Shown: piece by piece, positions 28,544 to 37,415 of the stretch
How the letters are laid out: each line of letters begins with the position of its first letter
Position numbering within the stretch: position 1 is the first letter of the stretch
NCBI GenBank assembly: GCA_040754655.1
Contig: JBFMCE010000003.1
Coordinates: 3,231 to 67,230 of the forward strand
DNA: 64,000 nt
Source of the DNA: Bdellovibrionota bacterium
GTDB taxonomy: Bacteria; Bdellovibrionota; UBA1018; UBA923
Direction of reading: 5' to 3'
Translations under genes and position numbers: made by a program
Notes under the pieces: model-generated
The model's database searches: none
What the model was told of the DNA's origin: nothing
What the model saw: the letters and a program-made list of their open reading frames with translations, nothing else

Positions 28544-29416
28544 CTACATGGAGCAGTGGTAGACGGTGTGGAATACGTCTATCCCATGCCGCCTATTGAA
28601 CAGCTCGAACTGTGAATAGATTTCGACCTTCTTGAATCCTGAGGCCAACAGCGCGTTTTTAAGCGTTTCGGGATAGAAATAGAAAAAAGCTCCGCCGCTT
28701 TTATTCCCGACATACTCAACCCCATGGCTAGGATCAATGACTGGAAGGCGCAGGGCTTTCCTAAGGACTTGATACATCGACCGGTTGTAGCGGCCTAAAC
28801 GTTTCTCATTGCTATGGGCGAGGATGCATTGACCTTTGGTCACGGAAGCCAGGTTTTCAAGTGCTTCTAAAGGGTTCTTTAGGTGTTCAACCAAATCTCC
28901 ACAGAACACGAAGTCATACTTCTTGCCTAGCGTGTGCAAGTCGTAAATGTTCAGCTTTTGATGCTGTACCTTTGATTTTTTCAAGGCGATCGCCGCAAGG
29001 AGTTGGTGTCCCACAGGTACGCCGAGGCTGCGGTAAACGTCAGAGTAAGCCGCGTTCTTTTGATTAAAGTTCTTGTACTTGTCTTGGTAACTGTCGATCT
29101 TCGCGGGCGATACGTCAGTAGTGACGTTGCCATCGTAAGGATTGTTGTCAACAGCCGTGACTTGGCCTCCGCGCCGTTCAAATTCAAACGAGAAAAAACC
29201 ATCGCTTGATCCGACATCAAGCACTGTTTTTCCGGAAAGCGACTCTGGAAAGCCATACTTGGCAAGAAGCGAGTTGTGATCGTAGAGACCAGAGGATTTC
29301 AAACCCGAGCCCAAGTCAATGGTATGGTACCAGTTGGTGTTTTTTACGAACTCTGAAATCCGTTGAGCATCTAGCTTTGAGCCAGTCGTTGATTCACGCG
29401 TTGCTTCTGTGTCCAT
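28544..29416 (-). CDS. Class I SAM-dependent methyltransferase (CmoB/DUF1698-like)
   Basis: NWYHTIDLG, VLDVGSSDGFFSFEF (motif I), DFVFCGDLVEHL. Confidence 0.7.
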   Translation of the reverse strand: MDTEATRESTTGSKLDAQRISEFVKNTNWYHTIDLGSGLKSSGLYDHNSLLAKYGFPESLSGKTVLDVGSSDGFFSFEFERRGGQVTAVDNNPYDGNVTTDVSPAKIDSYQDKYKNFNQKNAAYSDVYRSLGVPVGHQLLAAIALKKSKVQHQKLNIYDLHTLGKKYDFVFCGDLVEHLKNPLEALENLASVTKGQCILAHSNEKRLGRYNRSMYQVLRKALRLPVIDPSHGVEYVGNKSGGAFFYFYPETLKNALLASGFKKVEIYSQFELFNRRHGIDVFHTVYHCSM

Positions 29417-29444
29417 AGGGTTTCAGAACTATCCCAGCTCTGAA

Positions 29445-30860
29445 TTAAAGTAAAGAACCCTGCTTTTTCGAGCCACGCTCATATTGATAGGCCCACCCCA
29501 ATCCCATTCCCGCAAAGAGCCAGAGCAAGACGCAGTTCTGCGGAGATTCGAATCCGACATTGAAAAATGCATAGACCATTCCGTTGATAGGAACGAAAAC
29601 CAACGCAAGTCGAATGAGTATATCAAGAGAGCCGCTTTCATTTCCCTGCGGTGGCTTGAGAATGCGTTTGATTCTGAGCACCCAAAAAGCCGGGATCAAT
29701 GAGAAGAGCACCAGCCCAACGACGCCCATTCGAGCCAAGATCGAAAGATATGAATTATGGGGCCCCGCAACAGGAGATGCGCTCCGTAAACGCGGAAAGT
29801 TGGCCACGCTCTCCCAGCTGTTCGGCATGTCCTCTTCAAGAAAACTTGGGATCTCAGGAATGAACCCGATCCCCAAAATGGGGTTGAGCTTCCAATCCGC
29901 AAGCGCGGTTTTCCACCAAAATTTTCTCGAACGCATTTGAAAGCTTTGAGGGTTGCCTTCGTAAGGAATGTCTTCTTTCTTTTGCATCGCCTCGAAGAAT
30001 TGGTTGGAAAGTTTTCCCGAGAATTTTTCACGCCCGAAGGATTCAGCGGTGGTCGCATGGGGTTGGCTCAACGTGATAACGAGGAAGCCGGCGATTAAAA
30101 ATGAAAGAGCGATCAGCATTGTTCTCAAAGGTTTGGCTTGAGGCCTAAATTTTGCCAAGATCCATGGCCCTAAGACGACCATCACAAGGCACAAAAGCAA
30201 AGTCGATCGCTGCATCTCTTTAAGGTGCCACAAGACCCAAAACGAGCTGAAGGCCATCAGAGCAACCGCCAATGCAAGCACTGCCTTCTTGAGACGAGCC
30301 TGCCATTTTGACTTTGAACTCAGCATATCCTCAATCAAAACGAGTAGGGGCAAGACAAGCAGCGGTCCCAGGCTGAAATTGATCACTCCCCACTGTCTGC
30401 CATCCGTCCGGAATGGGTTGGGTAAAGCGTTTGCCACGAGAAGCGCGATCACCAGCGTCTTAGTCCAGGGCCTGCCGAGCCAGGCGACCCATGCCCCGAC
30501 GCTCATCCACAAAAATGGGTAAACGAATAAAATAGCATGTTGCACGAAACGCAACGGAGTGCGGCTATCCGCGCGAAGAGATTCAAAACCAAAGACCAAG
30601 TCATGGCTAAACAGCAAGATGCCCCACGAGAAGAATACAAGCGGTGTCAGCAAGACCTTCATCAAATAAGACATCGGGGGAAAATCTCTTGTCGCGACGA
30701 CGACTGCGGCGAAAAAACAAAACAGTGCGTCAAGCATGAATAGAGGACCAACCCGAAGTTTGGCGAAACCCCCGTAGAAATAAGTTACGCCCACGGTTGC
30801 AATGATCACGGACGAAAACGCCAGCCAGCGACAGGTTCTAGAGGCTTGAACCGATTTCAA
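29445..30860 (-). CDS. Wzy_C-domain membrane protein (O-antigen ligase/polymerase or O-oligosaccharyltransferase family)
   Basis: About 12 TM helices with a large loop. A TTG at 30860 overlaps the TGA of the upstream GT4 gene (TTGA coupling). The ORF-track extension to 31049 is Arg-rich and overlaps the upstream gene, so it is probably not translated. Confidence 0.5.
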   Translation of the reverse strand: MKSVQASRTCRWLAFSSVIIATVGVTYFYGGFAKLRVGPLFMLDALFCFFAAVVVATRDFPPMSYLMKVLLTPLVFFSWGILLFSHDLVFGFESLRADSRTPLRFVQHAILFVYPFLWMSVGAWVAWLGRPWTKTLVIALLVANALPNPFRTDGRQWGVINFSLGPLLVLPLLVLIEDMLSSKSKWQARLKKAVLALAVALMAFSSFWVLWHLKEMQRSTLLLCLVMVVLGPWILAKFRPQAKPLRTMLIALSFLIAGFLVITLSQPHATTAESFGREKFSGKLSNQFFEAMQKKEDIPYEGNPQSFQMRSRKFWWKTALADWKLNPILGIGFIPEIPSFLEEDMPNSWESVANFPRLRSASPVAGPHNSYLSILARMGVVGLVLFSLIPAFWVLRIKRILKPPQGNESGSLDILIRLALVFVPINGMVYAFFNVGFESPQNCVLLWLFAGMGLGWAYQYERGSKKQGSLL

Positions 30861-32023
30861 ATGCGTATTCCTTCGATCAGAGAACTCAAGTCTGAACAGA
30901 AGCGGTTGAAGCCCAGGCGGTTTTGGAGATTTCCTTTCTGGGTCGAGTCGATTGACTGGCTCCCTAGAGCTTCTTGCACGGCTCTCGCCAAATCTTGAGG
31001 GTCGCCCGCTTTTGCCAAATGACCCGGAAAATCTCCGGTCGCGAGCCACGACGTGGAATCAAGCGCCGGAACGACACAGCGTTTTCCCTGGAAAAAGGCT
31101 TCAAGCGCAAAAGTTGAAAGCGTTTCATTGCAGATCGACGGCAAGACGGCGATGCGCGACTGGCCAATAAGGTCGAGCACAGTTTCGTGCGATACCGCAC
31201 CTAAGAAGGTGAGGTTCTTCAGCTCACTCACTGCCGCGGTTACCATAGGGCGCTCAGGGCCATCGCCTACGATGAGAAATCTCACGTTAGGCAGCAAGCG
31301 AATGGTCGCGATCAATTCGTAGATCCCTTTTTCTTCCGACAGTCTTCCCGCGTAGATTACGTCATAGTGATCGCTAGCCGAAGGATAGGCGTCTTTGGTC
31401 TTTGGCACTGCGGGCGTCTCAAAACGAAAGACAGGGTTGAGAATGTGGATCACGCGTTCCTTGGGAATGCCTAGCTTCACGAGCTCAGCTTGGAGATATG
31501 GTGATGGGGCCACGAAACGTTGAATGGCCCTTGAATACAGCTCTTCGAGGCGAAGTTCAGTGAGGGCTAGGGAATGGTAGATGCTTTTCTTCCAGCTGCC
31601 GTTGCAATTGTGGAGGATGGGCCTCCACGCCACTTTAGACGTGAAACAGTCCTTGCAGATTTTCTTGTTCCTCAAAGCCAAGCCATTTGTGCAGAAAAAA
31701 CGATGGTTGTGAACCGTCATGACCAAGGGGATGTTGCGCCTGATAGCCCACCTGAAGAAACGCGGTCCTAAGATTGGGAAGACATTGTGCAGGTGAATAT
31801 AGGCGGGCTGCGTGTCTTCCCATAATTTTTCAACCCCGGGGCTTGAGTCGACCGGCGCAAGTGAAGCGAGCGATTTGAGCAGGAGAGAGCCGGGTGGATT
31901 CCTGTCTTCAGGATAAAGCACCGGAGTAACCCCTATCTTTCGGTAGCCTTGCACCAGCGCGTCGACGTGGACATCTTCGCCTCCACGGTGCTCGTAAGGC
32001 ACATGTACGATGAGAACTTTCAT
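30857..32023 (-). CDS. Glycosyltransferase group 1 (GT4)
   Basis: MKVLIVHVPYEHRGGEDVHV N-domain; C-terminal YAGRLSEEKG and EAFFQGKRCVVP. Confidence 0.75.
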   Translation of the reverse strand: MKVLIVHVPYEHRGGEDVHVDALVQGYRKIGVTPVLYPEDRNPPGSLLLKSLASLAPVDSSPGVEKLWEDTQPAYIHLHNVFPILGPRFFRWAIRRNIPLVMTVHNHRFFCTNGLALRNKKICKDCFTSKVAWRPILHNCNGSWKKSIYHSLALTELRLEELYSRAIQRFVAPSPYLQAELVKLGIPKERVIHILNPVFRFETPAVPKTKDAYPSASDHYDVIYAGRLSEEKGIYELIATIRLLPNVRFLIVGDGPERPMVTAAVSELKNLTFLGAVSHETVLDLIGQSRIAVLPSICNETLSTFALEAFFQGKRCVVPALDSTSWLATGDFPGHLAKAGDPQDLARAVQEALGSQSIDSTQKGNLQNRLGFNRFCSDLSSLIEGIRI

Positions 32024-32142
32024 TTCTTTGAAACACTCCGTATGGGCGAAATTAAATCAAATGAGGTTAAAACACAAAAGCTAAAGACAGGCGCCGGGAT
32101 AAGCCATTGAAGAAGCAAAATGTTTCATGCATAAACAGGGAA

Positions 32143-33543
32143 ATGCCATCACTGACGCTGAAGAAGCTGCTCGCAATCGCAACCGTGTATTCTATTTTTT
32201 GTTGGGTTGGCTTTGTTGCGCGGGGCGACTACTACCATAAACAGTCAGACCAGTTTTATTACCTCTCGCTTGCTGATTCCCTGAGGGAAACGGGCGAGAT
32301 GAAGGCTCGAATCGCGATTGAAGGCGAGGAAGGCACCATCCCTCCGACTGCGAACACGGGTATCGCTCTTTTGATGTACCCGCTCTCTAGCTTAAGTTTT
32401 GACGCCGTCTGCATCAGCTTGTCTGTGTTTTATCTGATTCTGCACCTGTCATCGGTTTTCCCGCTTTCAAGGCTTCTTTTGCACTTTGGGGTGAGCGCGA
32501 AAATATCTCATTGGGTGATTCTTCTTTATTTCCTCTCATTTCCCCTCACCCTTTATAAACTAAGGCCCGTGAACGAAGGCGCTTCGTTTGCCCTTATTCA
32601 TTGGTTTTTGTATTTTTTGTTCGTAGATCGCAAGCGCTACTGGTTCTTGCTGTTTGCCCTTCTTGCTCCGATTTTTCGGGTGCATATCGTGGCAACCGAA
32701 TTGGCTGCTTTGGCAACGTCGATTTTTAACCGGTCCAAGCAAGTGGCCTTGCGGGCGATCGCTTCCATTGGCGCAAGCGTCGCGGGGCTAGGGATTTATT
32801 CGCTCTTATTTCCGTTTCACCAAAAAGGCTTGGGCCAACCTTTGGAACGCGAGAGCGTCATTGTGCCAGCGATTTTAGAGACTGCCGTCGCCTTGCTTCA
32901 CTTGATGGTACCTGAAAGCGCATTCACCTTGGCTTTTGGTGACCAGCGACGGGCGGTAGAAACCCTCTTGGGGCTTCTTGCCTTGATTGCTGTGCTTTAT
33001 TCTTTTTTGCGCAATCTTCGGAAAGAATCCAATAAAGAGCTTCATTTCTTTGGGCTGGCGGTCTTTGGGTTCTCGGTTCTTTTTTTGCTGGGCTCGACGA
33101 CTGTTATCGCGCGTTTTTTCACGGTCGCGTATTTCTGGATTTTGTTGGCTCTTGTAGTCTTTTTCAACCAACTGAGCCCCAAGGCGGCGACTTTCTTCTC
33201 GGGTGCGCTCATCGCATTGAATGTCGCGCTTGTTGCGGCGTTCTTGTCTACGAAGACGACGAACCCGCTTTATCGCGAGTTCGAGGATGTGAAGAAGTTG
33301 GCGCCGAAGGCGAAAGACTATGCGCACGTCTACTTTGACCCTGAGTTTCGTTTCAATTCACGCTTTCTCTACGGGTATCTGCGTCGTCCGGCTTGGGTTT
33401 TAGACAAGCTGCCGCCGGAAGAAAGATTTGTGTATGTATCGCGGGAACCGTCCCGAGTTTTGAAGAAACTCTCGTTTTGCAAATCAGAGATATTTAGGGC
33501 GGATGCTTTGAGTCTCGTGAACTTCGATTGCGCGCCTCGATAG
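32143..33543 (+). CDS. Polytopic integral membrane protein (GT-C/polymerase-like), function unknown
   Basis: About 12 hydrophobic helices. The ATG at 32143 has AGGGAA RBS; the ORF-track TTG at 32107 is also possible. Confidence 0.4.
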   Translation: MPSLTLKKLLAIATVYSIFCWVGFVARGDYYHKQSDQFYYLSLADSLRETGEMKARIAIEGEEGTIPPTANTGIALLMYPLSSLSFDAVCISLSVFYLILHLSSVFPLSRLLLHFGVSAKISHWVILLYFLSFPLTLYKLRPVNEGASFALIHWFLYFLFVDRKRYWFLLFALLAPIFRVHIVATELAALATSIFNRSKQVALRAIASIGASVAGLGIYSLLFPFHQKGLGQPLERESVIVPAILETAVALLHLMVPESAFTLAFGDQRRAVETLLGLLALIAVLYSFLRNLRKESNKELHFFGLAVFGFSVLFLLGSTTVIARFFTVAYFWILLALVVFFNQLSPKAATFFSGALIALNVALVAAFLSTKTTNPLYREFEDVKKLAPKAKDYAHVYFDPEFRFNSRFLYGYLRRPAWVLDKLPPEERFVYVSREPSRVLKKLSFCKSEIFRADALSLVNFDCAPR

Positions 33544-33662
33544 CGCGCTAGTGCCCATGTTTGAGCTTTTTCGATCAGCTTGTCTATGCTAGGCTGTGGT
33601 CTCAGAAATGTTCTAAGATTACGAATGGTTGCGCGAGCGTGTCGCAAAGAGGGGAACGATCC

Positions 33663-34409
33663 ATGGTCAAATCAAATGATGATGTGCTTTTGCTGACAGG
33701 GTCGAGCGGCGGCCTTGGTCTTGGTTTGGCTGAGAACTTCTTAGAGCAAGGGCATCGCAACATAGCTTTTCAATATCGATCTTCAGACACGAAACTTAAA
33801 GACCTTCTCGCCAAATATGATCTCTCGCCGGAGAGGCATCTTTTTAAGGCAGACCTCACCCGGGAAAATGAAGTCCGCCAGATGAGAGAAGGCATCGAGT
33901 CCAAGCTCGGTCCTGTTTTCGGGTTGGTGAATCTCGCGGGTGCCTCCTCGAATGGAATGAGCTGGAAGCTGACTTACGAAGAATTTCAATCGGTGGTGAA
34001 TGCGAATCTTGGCGCGACGTTCTTGTGCTCAAAAGAATTTATTCCAGGCATGCGGGCGGCCGGACGAGGGCGGATCATCAATGTCTCTAGCGTAGTTGCC
34101 TTTACCGGAGCGCCAGGAGCATCTCATTATAGTGCTGCGAAGGCTGCCATCATTGGACTAACCCACTCATTAGCTCTTGAACTTGCTGGTAAAAACATCA
34201 CGGTCAATGCATTGGCACTAGGTTATTTTGATCGCGGCTTGATTGATTCGGTGCCCGAAGAGATCCAACAGAAGATCAAAGAGAAGATCCCAGCTTCTCG
34301 GTTTGGAAACCCGCAAGAGATCTCTGGGATGATGGATTTTTTGCTGAGTGAGGGTGGGGCTTACACGACAGGTCAGGTTCTTCATATCAATGGCGGGCTT
34401 TACTTCTAA
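33663..34409 (+). CDS. SDR family oxidoreductase, FabG-like (3-oxoacyl reductase-type)
   Basis: LLLTGSSGGLGLGLA, NLAG, NVSSVVAFTGAPGASHYSAAKAA. The ATG has a GAGGGGAA RBS. The ORF-track start at 33561 is a spurious extension. Confidence 0.8.
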   Translation: MVKSNDDVLLLTGSSGGLGLGLAENFLEQGHRNIAFQYRSSDTKLKDLLAKYDLSPERHLFKADLTRENEVRQMREGIESKLGPVFGLVNLAGASSNGMSWKLTYEEFQSVVNANLGATFLCSKEFIPGMRAAGRGRIINVSSVVAFTGAPGASHYSAAKAAIIGLTHSLALELAGKNITVNALALGYFDRGLIDSVPEEIQQKIKEKIPASRFGNPQEISGMMDFLLSEGGAYTTGQVLHINGGLYF

Positions 34410-34414
34410 CTCTT

Positions 34415-35500
34415 ATGCACTATCGAGACTTTGAAGCTTCTCAGCATCTCAGTGAGCAACGGCAGCTTTTCTCGGATTGTTTCCCGGAGTCTCATCTTGC
34501 AAGCATTGGTTCAACCGAACATTATCAATGGAAGTTTCGAGGATTAAACGCGACCAGGCCTTCTTATGAGTACGCGGCCTTCGATGAAACGCGTTTGGTA
34601 GGGTATTACGCTGCCCTTCCTTATCGTTATAGGATCAACGGGAAGAAGGTCCTTTGCGGAGTTGTCTGCGACGTGATGACGCATTCTTCTTCTAGGGGAA
34701 AGGGAATTTTTACGGCACTAGGACGCCATTCCTTGAACCAGCTCCAAGCGGAAGGGATAGGCTTCGTTTCAGGCTATCCCATTCGACCTGAAGTTCTGCC
34801 GGGCCATTTGAAGGTAGGATGGAAAGTGGCTTTTTCGCTCCCTCTTTATATCAAAGTGTTGCGGGTGAATTCGGCGCTGAAGAAGGCCGGGCTGGAAGGC
34901 TTCGCGCCTTTTTGCAACGGGTTGGTCATGGGTGTTCGGTTGGTTCAGTCAATTCCCGCTCTCTTTCGGCGTAAAGATTCCGATGGCTTCGAAACCCGGG
35001 TTTTTGAAGTTGAGGAATTCTTGGGGCTGTCTGAGTACGACGCTTTTTTTTCAAGATGGAGCGCTCAATTTCAAAATGTCCTGCAAAAAGATTTGGAATT
35101 CTTGAAATGGCGGCTGCGAGCCCCCGGTGCGGCCTACCGGGTTCTGACGGTTTGGAGCGAGGGCAGCTTGATTGCTGTCTCAATCGTAAGGAAGGTCGAG
35201 TTCAATAGCTTGCCTTGTCTTGCAGTCCTAGACCTCATGAGTTTGACACAAGAGGCGGCACCTTTGAGAGCGTTGCATGGCGCTTTAGAGCAAGAGTGCA
35301 TCGTTCAGGGGGCTGAAACCATCGCCGTGATGATGAGCAGAACATCTGCCCGACGCGCAGGTCTTAGGGCCCATGGTTTTATCCGCAGCCCTAAGGGTTT
35401 TAAACTTATATTGAATCGATTGGATTCCGCTTTGAACCTCGATCAGTTGATGGAGGAAAAAAACTGGAACCTGATGTGGATCGACTCTGACGATTTATGA
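34415..35500 (+). CDS. FemAB-like / GNAT-fold acyltransferase (PEP-CTERM-locus-associated type)
   Basis: 361 aa with acyl-CoA N-acyltransferase-like core (HSSSRGKGIFTALG). Its position next to a FSVDVEDF-type deacetylase mirrors the FemAB-related/deacetylase pair of EPS loci. Confidence 0.5.
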   Translation: MHYRDFEASQHLSEQRQLFSDCFPESHLASIGSTEHYQWKFRGLNATRPSYEYAAFDETRLVGYYAALPYRYRINGKKVLCGVVCDVMTHSSSRGKGIFTALGRHSLNQLQAEGIGFVSGYPIRPEVLPGHLKVGWKVAFSLPLYIKVLRVNSALKKAGLEGFAPFCNGLVMGVRLVQSIPALFRRKDSDGFETRVFEVEEFLGLSEYDAFFSRWSAQFQNVLQKDLEFLKWRLRAPGAAYRVLTVWSEGSLIAVSIVRKVEFNSLPCLAVLDLMSLTQEAAPLRALHGALEQECIVQGAETIAVMMSRTSARRAGLRAHGFIRSPKGFKLILNRLDSALNLDQLMEEKNWNLMWIDSDDL

Positions 35501-36348
35501 TGAACCAACGACAATACAATGGCATTTTCATGTTCAGCGTTGATGTGGAAGACTTCCCGGTCATCAAAGATGGCAAAAGTTGTTATGCCGGACGCGTGAC
35601 CGAGCTCACCGATCAGTACATCGAGTTTTTGCGGAAGAGGAAAATGCGCGCCACTTTCTTCATCCTAGGCGAAGTGGCTGAAAGAAATCCTGAGCTTGTA
35701 AGAAAGCTTGTTGATCAGGGCCATGAGATTGGTTGCCATGGTTACGCACATGTGACGCTCGACAAACAGAACCCAGGGGGTTTTGAGGCCGATCTCACCC
35801 GGGCGCTCGAAGTTTTGCATCAAGCGGGTGCGACGAAGGTTTGGGGTTACCGCGCGCCTTTTCTTTCGATTACGCCGAAAACGGTTTGGGCTTACGATGT
35901 TTTAAGCAAGCTTGGTTTTCGATATTCCAGCTCGGTGATGCCTCATTATAATCCTTCTTTTGGCTGGCCCGATTTTGGTGAACGACCTCGTAAACAGGGC
36001 CAGATTTGGGAATTGCCCGTGAGTCTGATGCCTTCGCTTCCTCTTGCCATCCCTGTTGCCGGAGGAGTGTACTTTCGGATGCTTCCTTTCCGCTATATTT
36101 CCCGTGCTTTTCGGCTGCATTTAAAGCAAAACAAACCCGTGTTTGGATACTTTCATCCCTATGACATTGACTGGGAGTCAGAGAGCAAGCAGTGCGCTTG
36201 GCTGCAGCGGAATCCGCTGTTCAATTTCTTCATGTTTTACAACCGCAAGGCGATGTTGAGCCGTCTAGAGCGGGTGATGCAGCAGGGGTTCGAGATCTTG
36301 CCTTACTCTGAGTTCCTTGCAAAACATGCGGCTGGAGTTGCACTATGA
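35497..36348 (+). CDS. Polysaccharide deacetylase family (CE4/NodB homology; DUF3473-type)
   Basis: FMFSVDVEDF N-terminal motif and H..GCHGYAHV metal-site histidines. Confidence 0.75.
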   Translation: MMNQRQYNGIFMFSVDVEDFPVIKDGKSCYAGRVTELTDQYIEFLRKRKMRATFFILGEVAERNPELVRKLVDQGHEIGCHGYAHVTLDKQNPGGFEADLTRALEVLHQAGATKVWGYRAPFLSITPKTVWAYDVLSKLGFRYSSSVMPHYNPSFGWPDFGERPRKQGQIWELPVSLMPSLPLAIPVAGGVYFRMLPFRYISRAFRLHLKQNKPVFGYFHPYDIDWESESKQCAWLQRNPLFNFFMFYNRKAMLSRLERVMQQGFEILPYSEFLAKHAAGVAL

Positions 36349-37415
36349 GTGAATTGCCTGTTTTGATTATTCCCGCATACCAGCCGGAACGGCGACTTGT
36401 TTCTCTTGTCGATGATTTGTTGGCGAGCGGATTTCCGTCGATTCTGGTCGTCGATGACGGTTCAGCCCCAGAGAAGACCCCTATCTTTGACGAGCTCCGA
36501 AAGAAGAATGGGGTGAGCGTTCTCTCTCATGCCGTGAATCTTGGCAAAGGAGCTGCTCTCAAGACCGCTTTCAATCACATCCTTGTCCATATGAAAGAGA
36601 GTTTCGGAGCCGTGACGCTTGATGCTGACGGCCAACACTTGCCGGCGGATGTCTTGAAAGTGGCCGCCGGTTTGAAGTCCAATCCGAACTCGCTCATCTT
36701 GGGTTCACGGGACTTCAAAGAAGGCGTGCCGCTCAAAAGCGCTTTTGGAAACACGCTTACTCGCCATGTCTTTCATTTTCTCATCGGAAAAAAGATCAGG
36801 GACACCCAAACGGGTTTGAGAGGCATTCCTTCCTCTTTGATGCGCGATCTCTTGGTCGTGCCATCGAGCCGGTATGAATTCGAGCTGGATATGCTGGTCA
36901 TTGCGACGGGCAAGCGCGTGGCTTTGATCGAGGTCCCTATTTCAACAGTTTATATTGATGGAAACCGCGGTTCCCATTTCAACCCGTTGCTGGACTCGCT
37001 CCGCATTTATTTCGTTTTCTTGCGTTTCGTATTTTCTTCCCTCTTGACCTATTGCGCGGACCTCGTCGTTTTCACAGTGGCGTACGCTTTGGCGCACAAC
37101 ATCTTCTTTAGCGTCGTTGTCGGGCGAGCGTCTGGCGCGGCGGTGGGCTTCATGACATCGAAATCTTTCGTGTTCAAGTCCGAGAAGAACGCCAAAGAAA
37201 CGCTGGTGAAGTTTTTCTTGCTCTGGTTGAGCTTGCTCGGGATTTCATATGGACTCATGATCCTTTTTGTCGAAGCGCTCAGATTCAATGTCTATGTCTC
37301 GCGCGTGACGGTGGATTCGGTTCTGTTCGTTTTCAACTTCTTGGTGCAAAGGGATCTTATCTTCGGTGAGCGCGGCGGATCTTTTCAGAAATTCGCCTCT
37401 AAGAGGTTTCTGTGA
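36345..37415 (+). CDS. GT2 polyprenyl-phosphate glycosyltransferase fused to C-terminal GtrA-like 4-TM domain
   Basis: N-terminus LIIPAYQPE...ILVVDDGSAPE...LDADGQH is a DPM1/GtrB-like GT2. The C-terminal ~120 aa carry four hydrophobic helices ending LVQRDLIFG (GtrA-like). Confidence 0.75.
   Translation: MSELPVLIIPAYQPERRLVSLVDDLLASGFPSILVVDDGSAPEKTPIFDELRKKNGVSVLSHAVNLGKGAALKTAFNHILVHMKESFGAVTLDADGQHLPADVLKVAAGLKSNPNSLILGSRDFKEGVPLKSAFGNTLTRHVFHFLIGKKIRDTQTGLRGIPSSLMRDLLVVPSSRYEFELDMLVIATGKRVALIEVPISTVYIDGNRGSHFNPLLDSLRIYFVFLRFVFSSLLTYCADLVVFTVAYALAHNIFFSVVVGRASGAAVGFMTSKSFVFKSEKNAKETLVKFFLLWLSLLGISYGLMILFVEALRFNVYVSRVTVDSVLFVFNFLVQRDLIFGERGGSFQKFASKRFL

Noticed and set aside
30861-31049. 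Arg-rich N-terminal extension (MARDRRFSGSFGKSGRPSRF...) of the Wzy_C-domain ORF.
   Set aside because: It overlaps the coding region of the upstream GT4 gene. A TTG at 30860 gives a TTGA stop/start junction, and the hydrophobic core starts after it.
33561-33662. ORF-track start for the FabG-like SDR.
   Set aside because: The Rossmann motif follows an internal ATG at 33663, which has a strong GAGGGGAA RBS. The upstream extension has no features.
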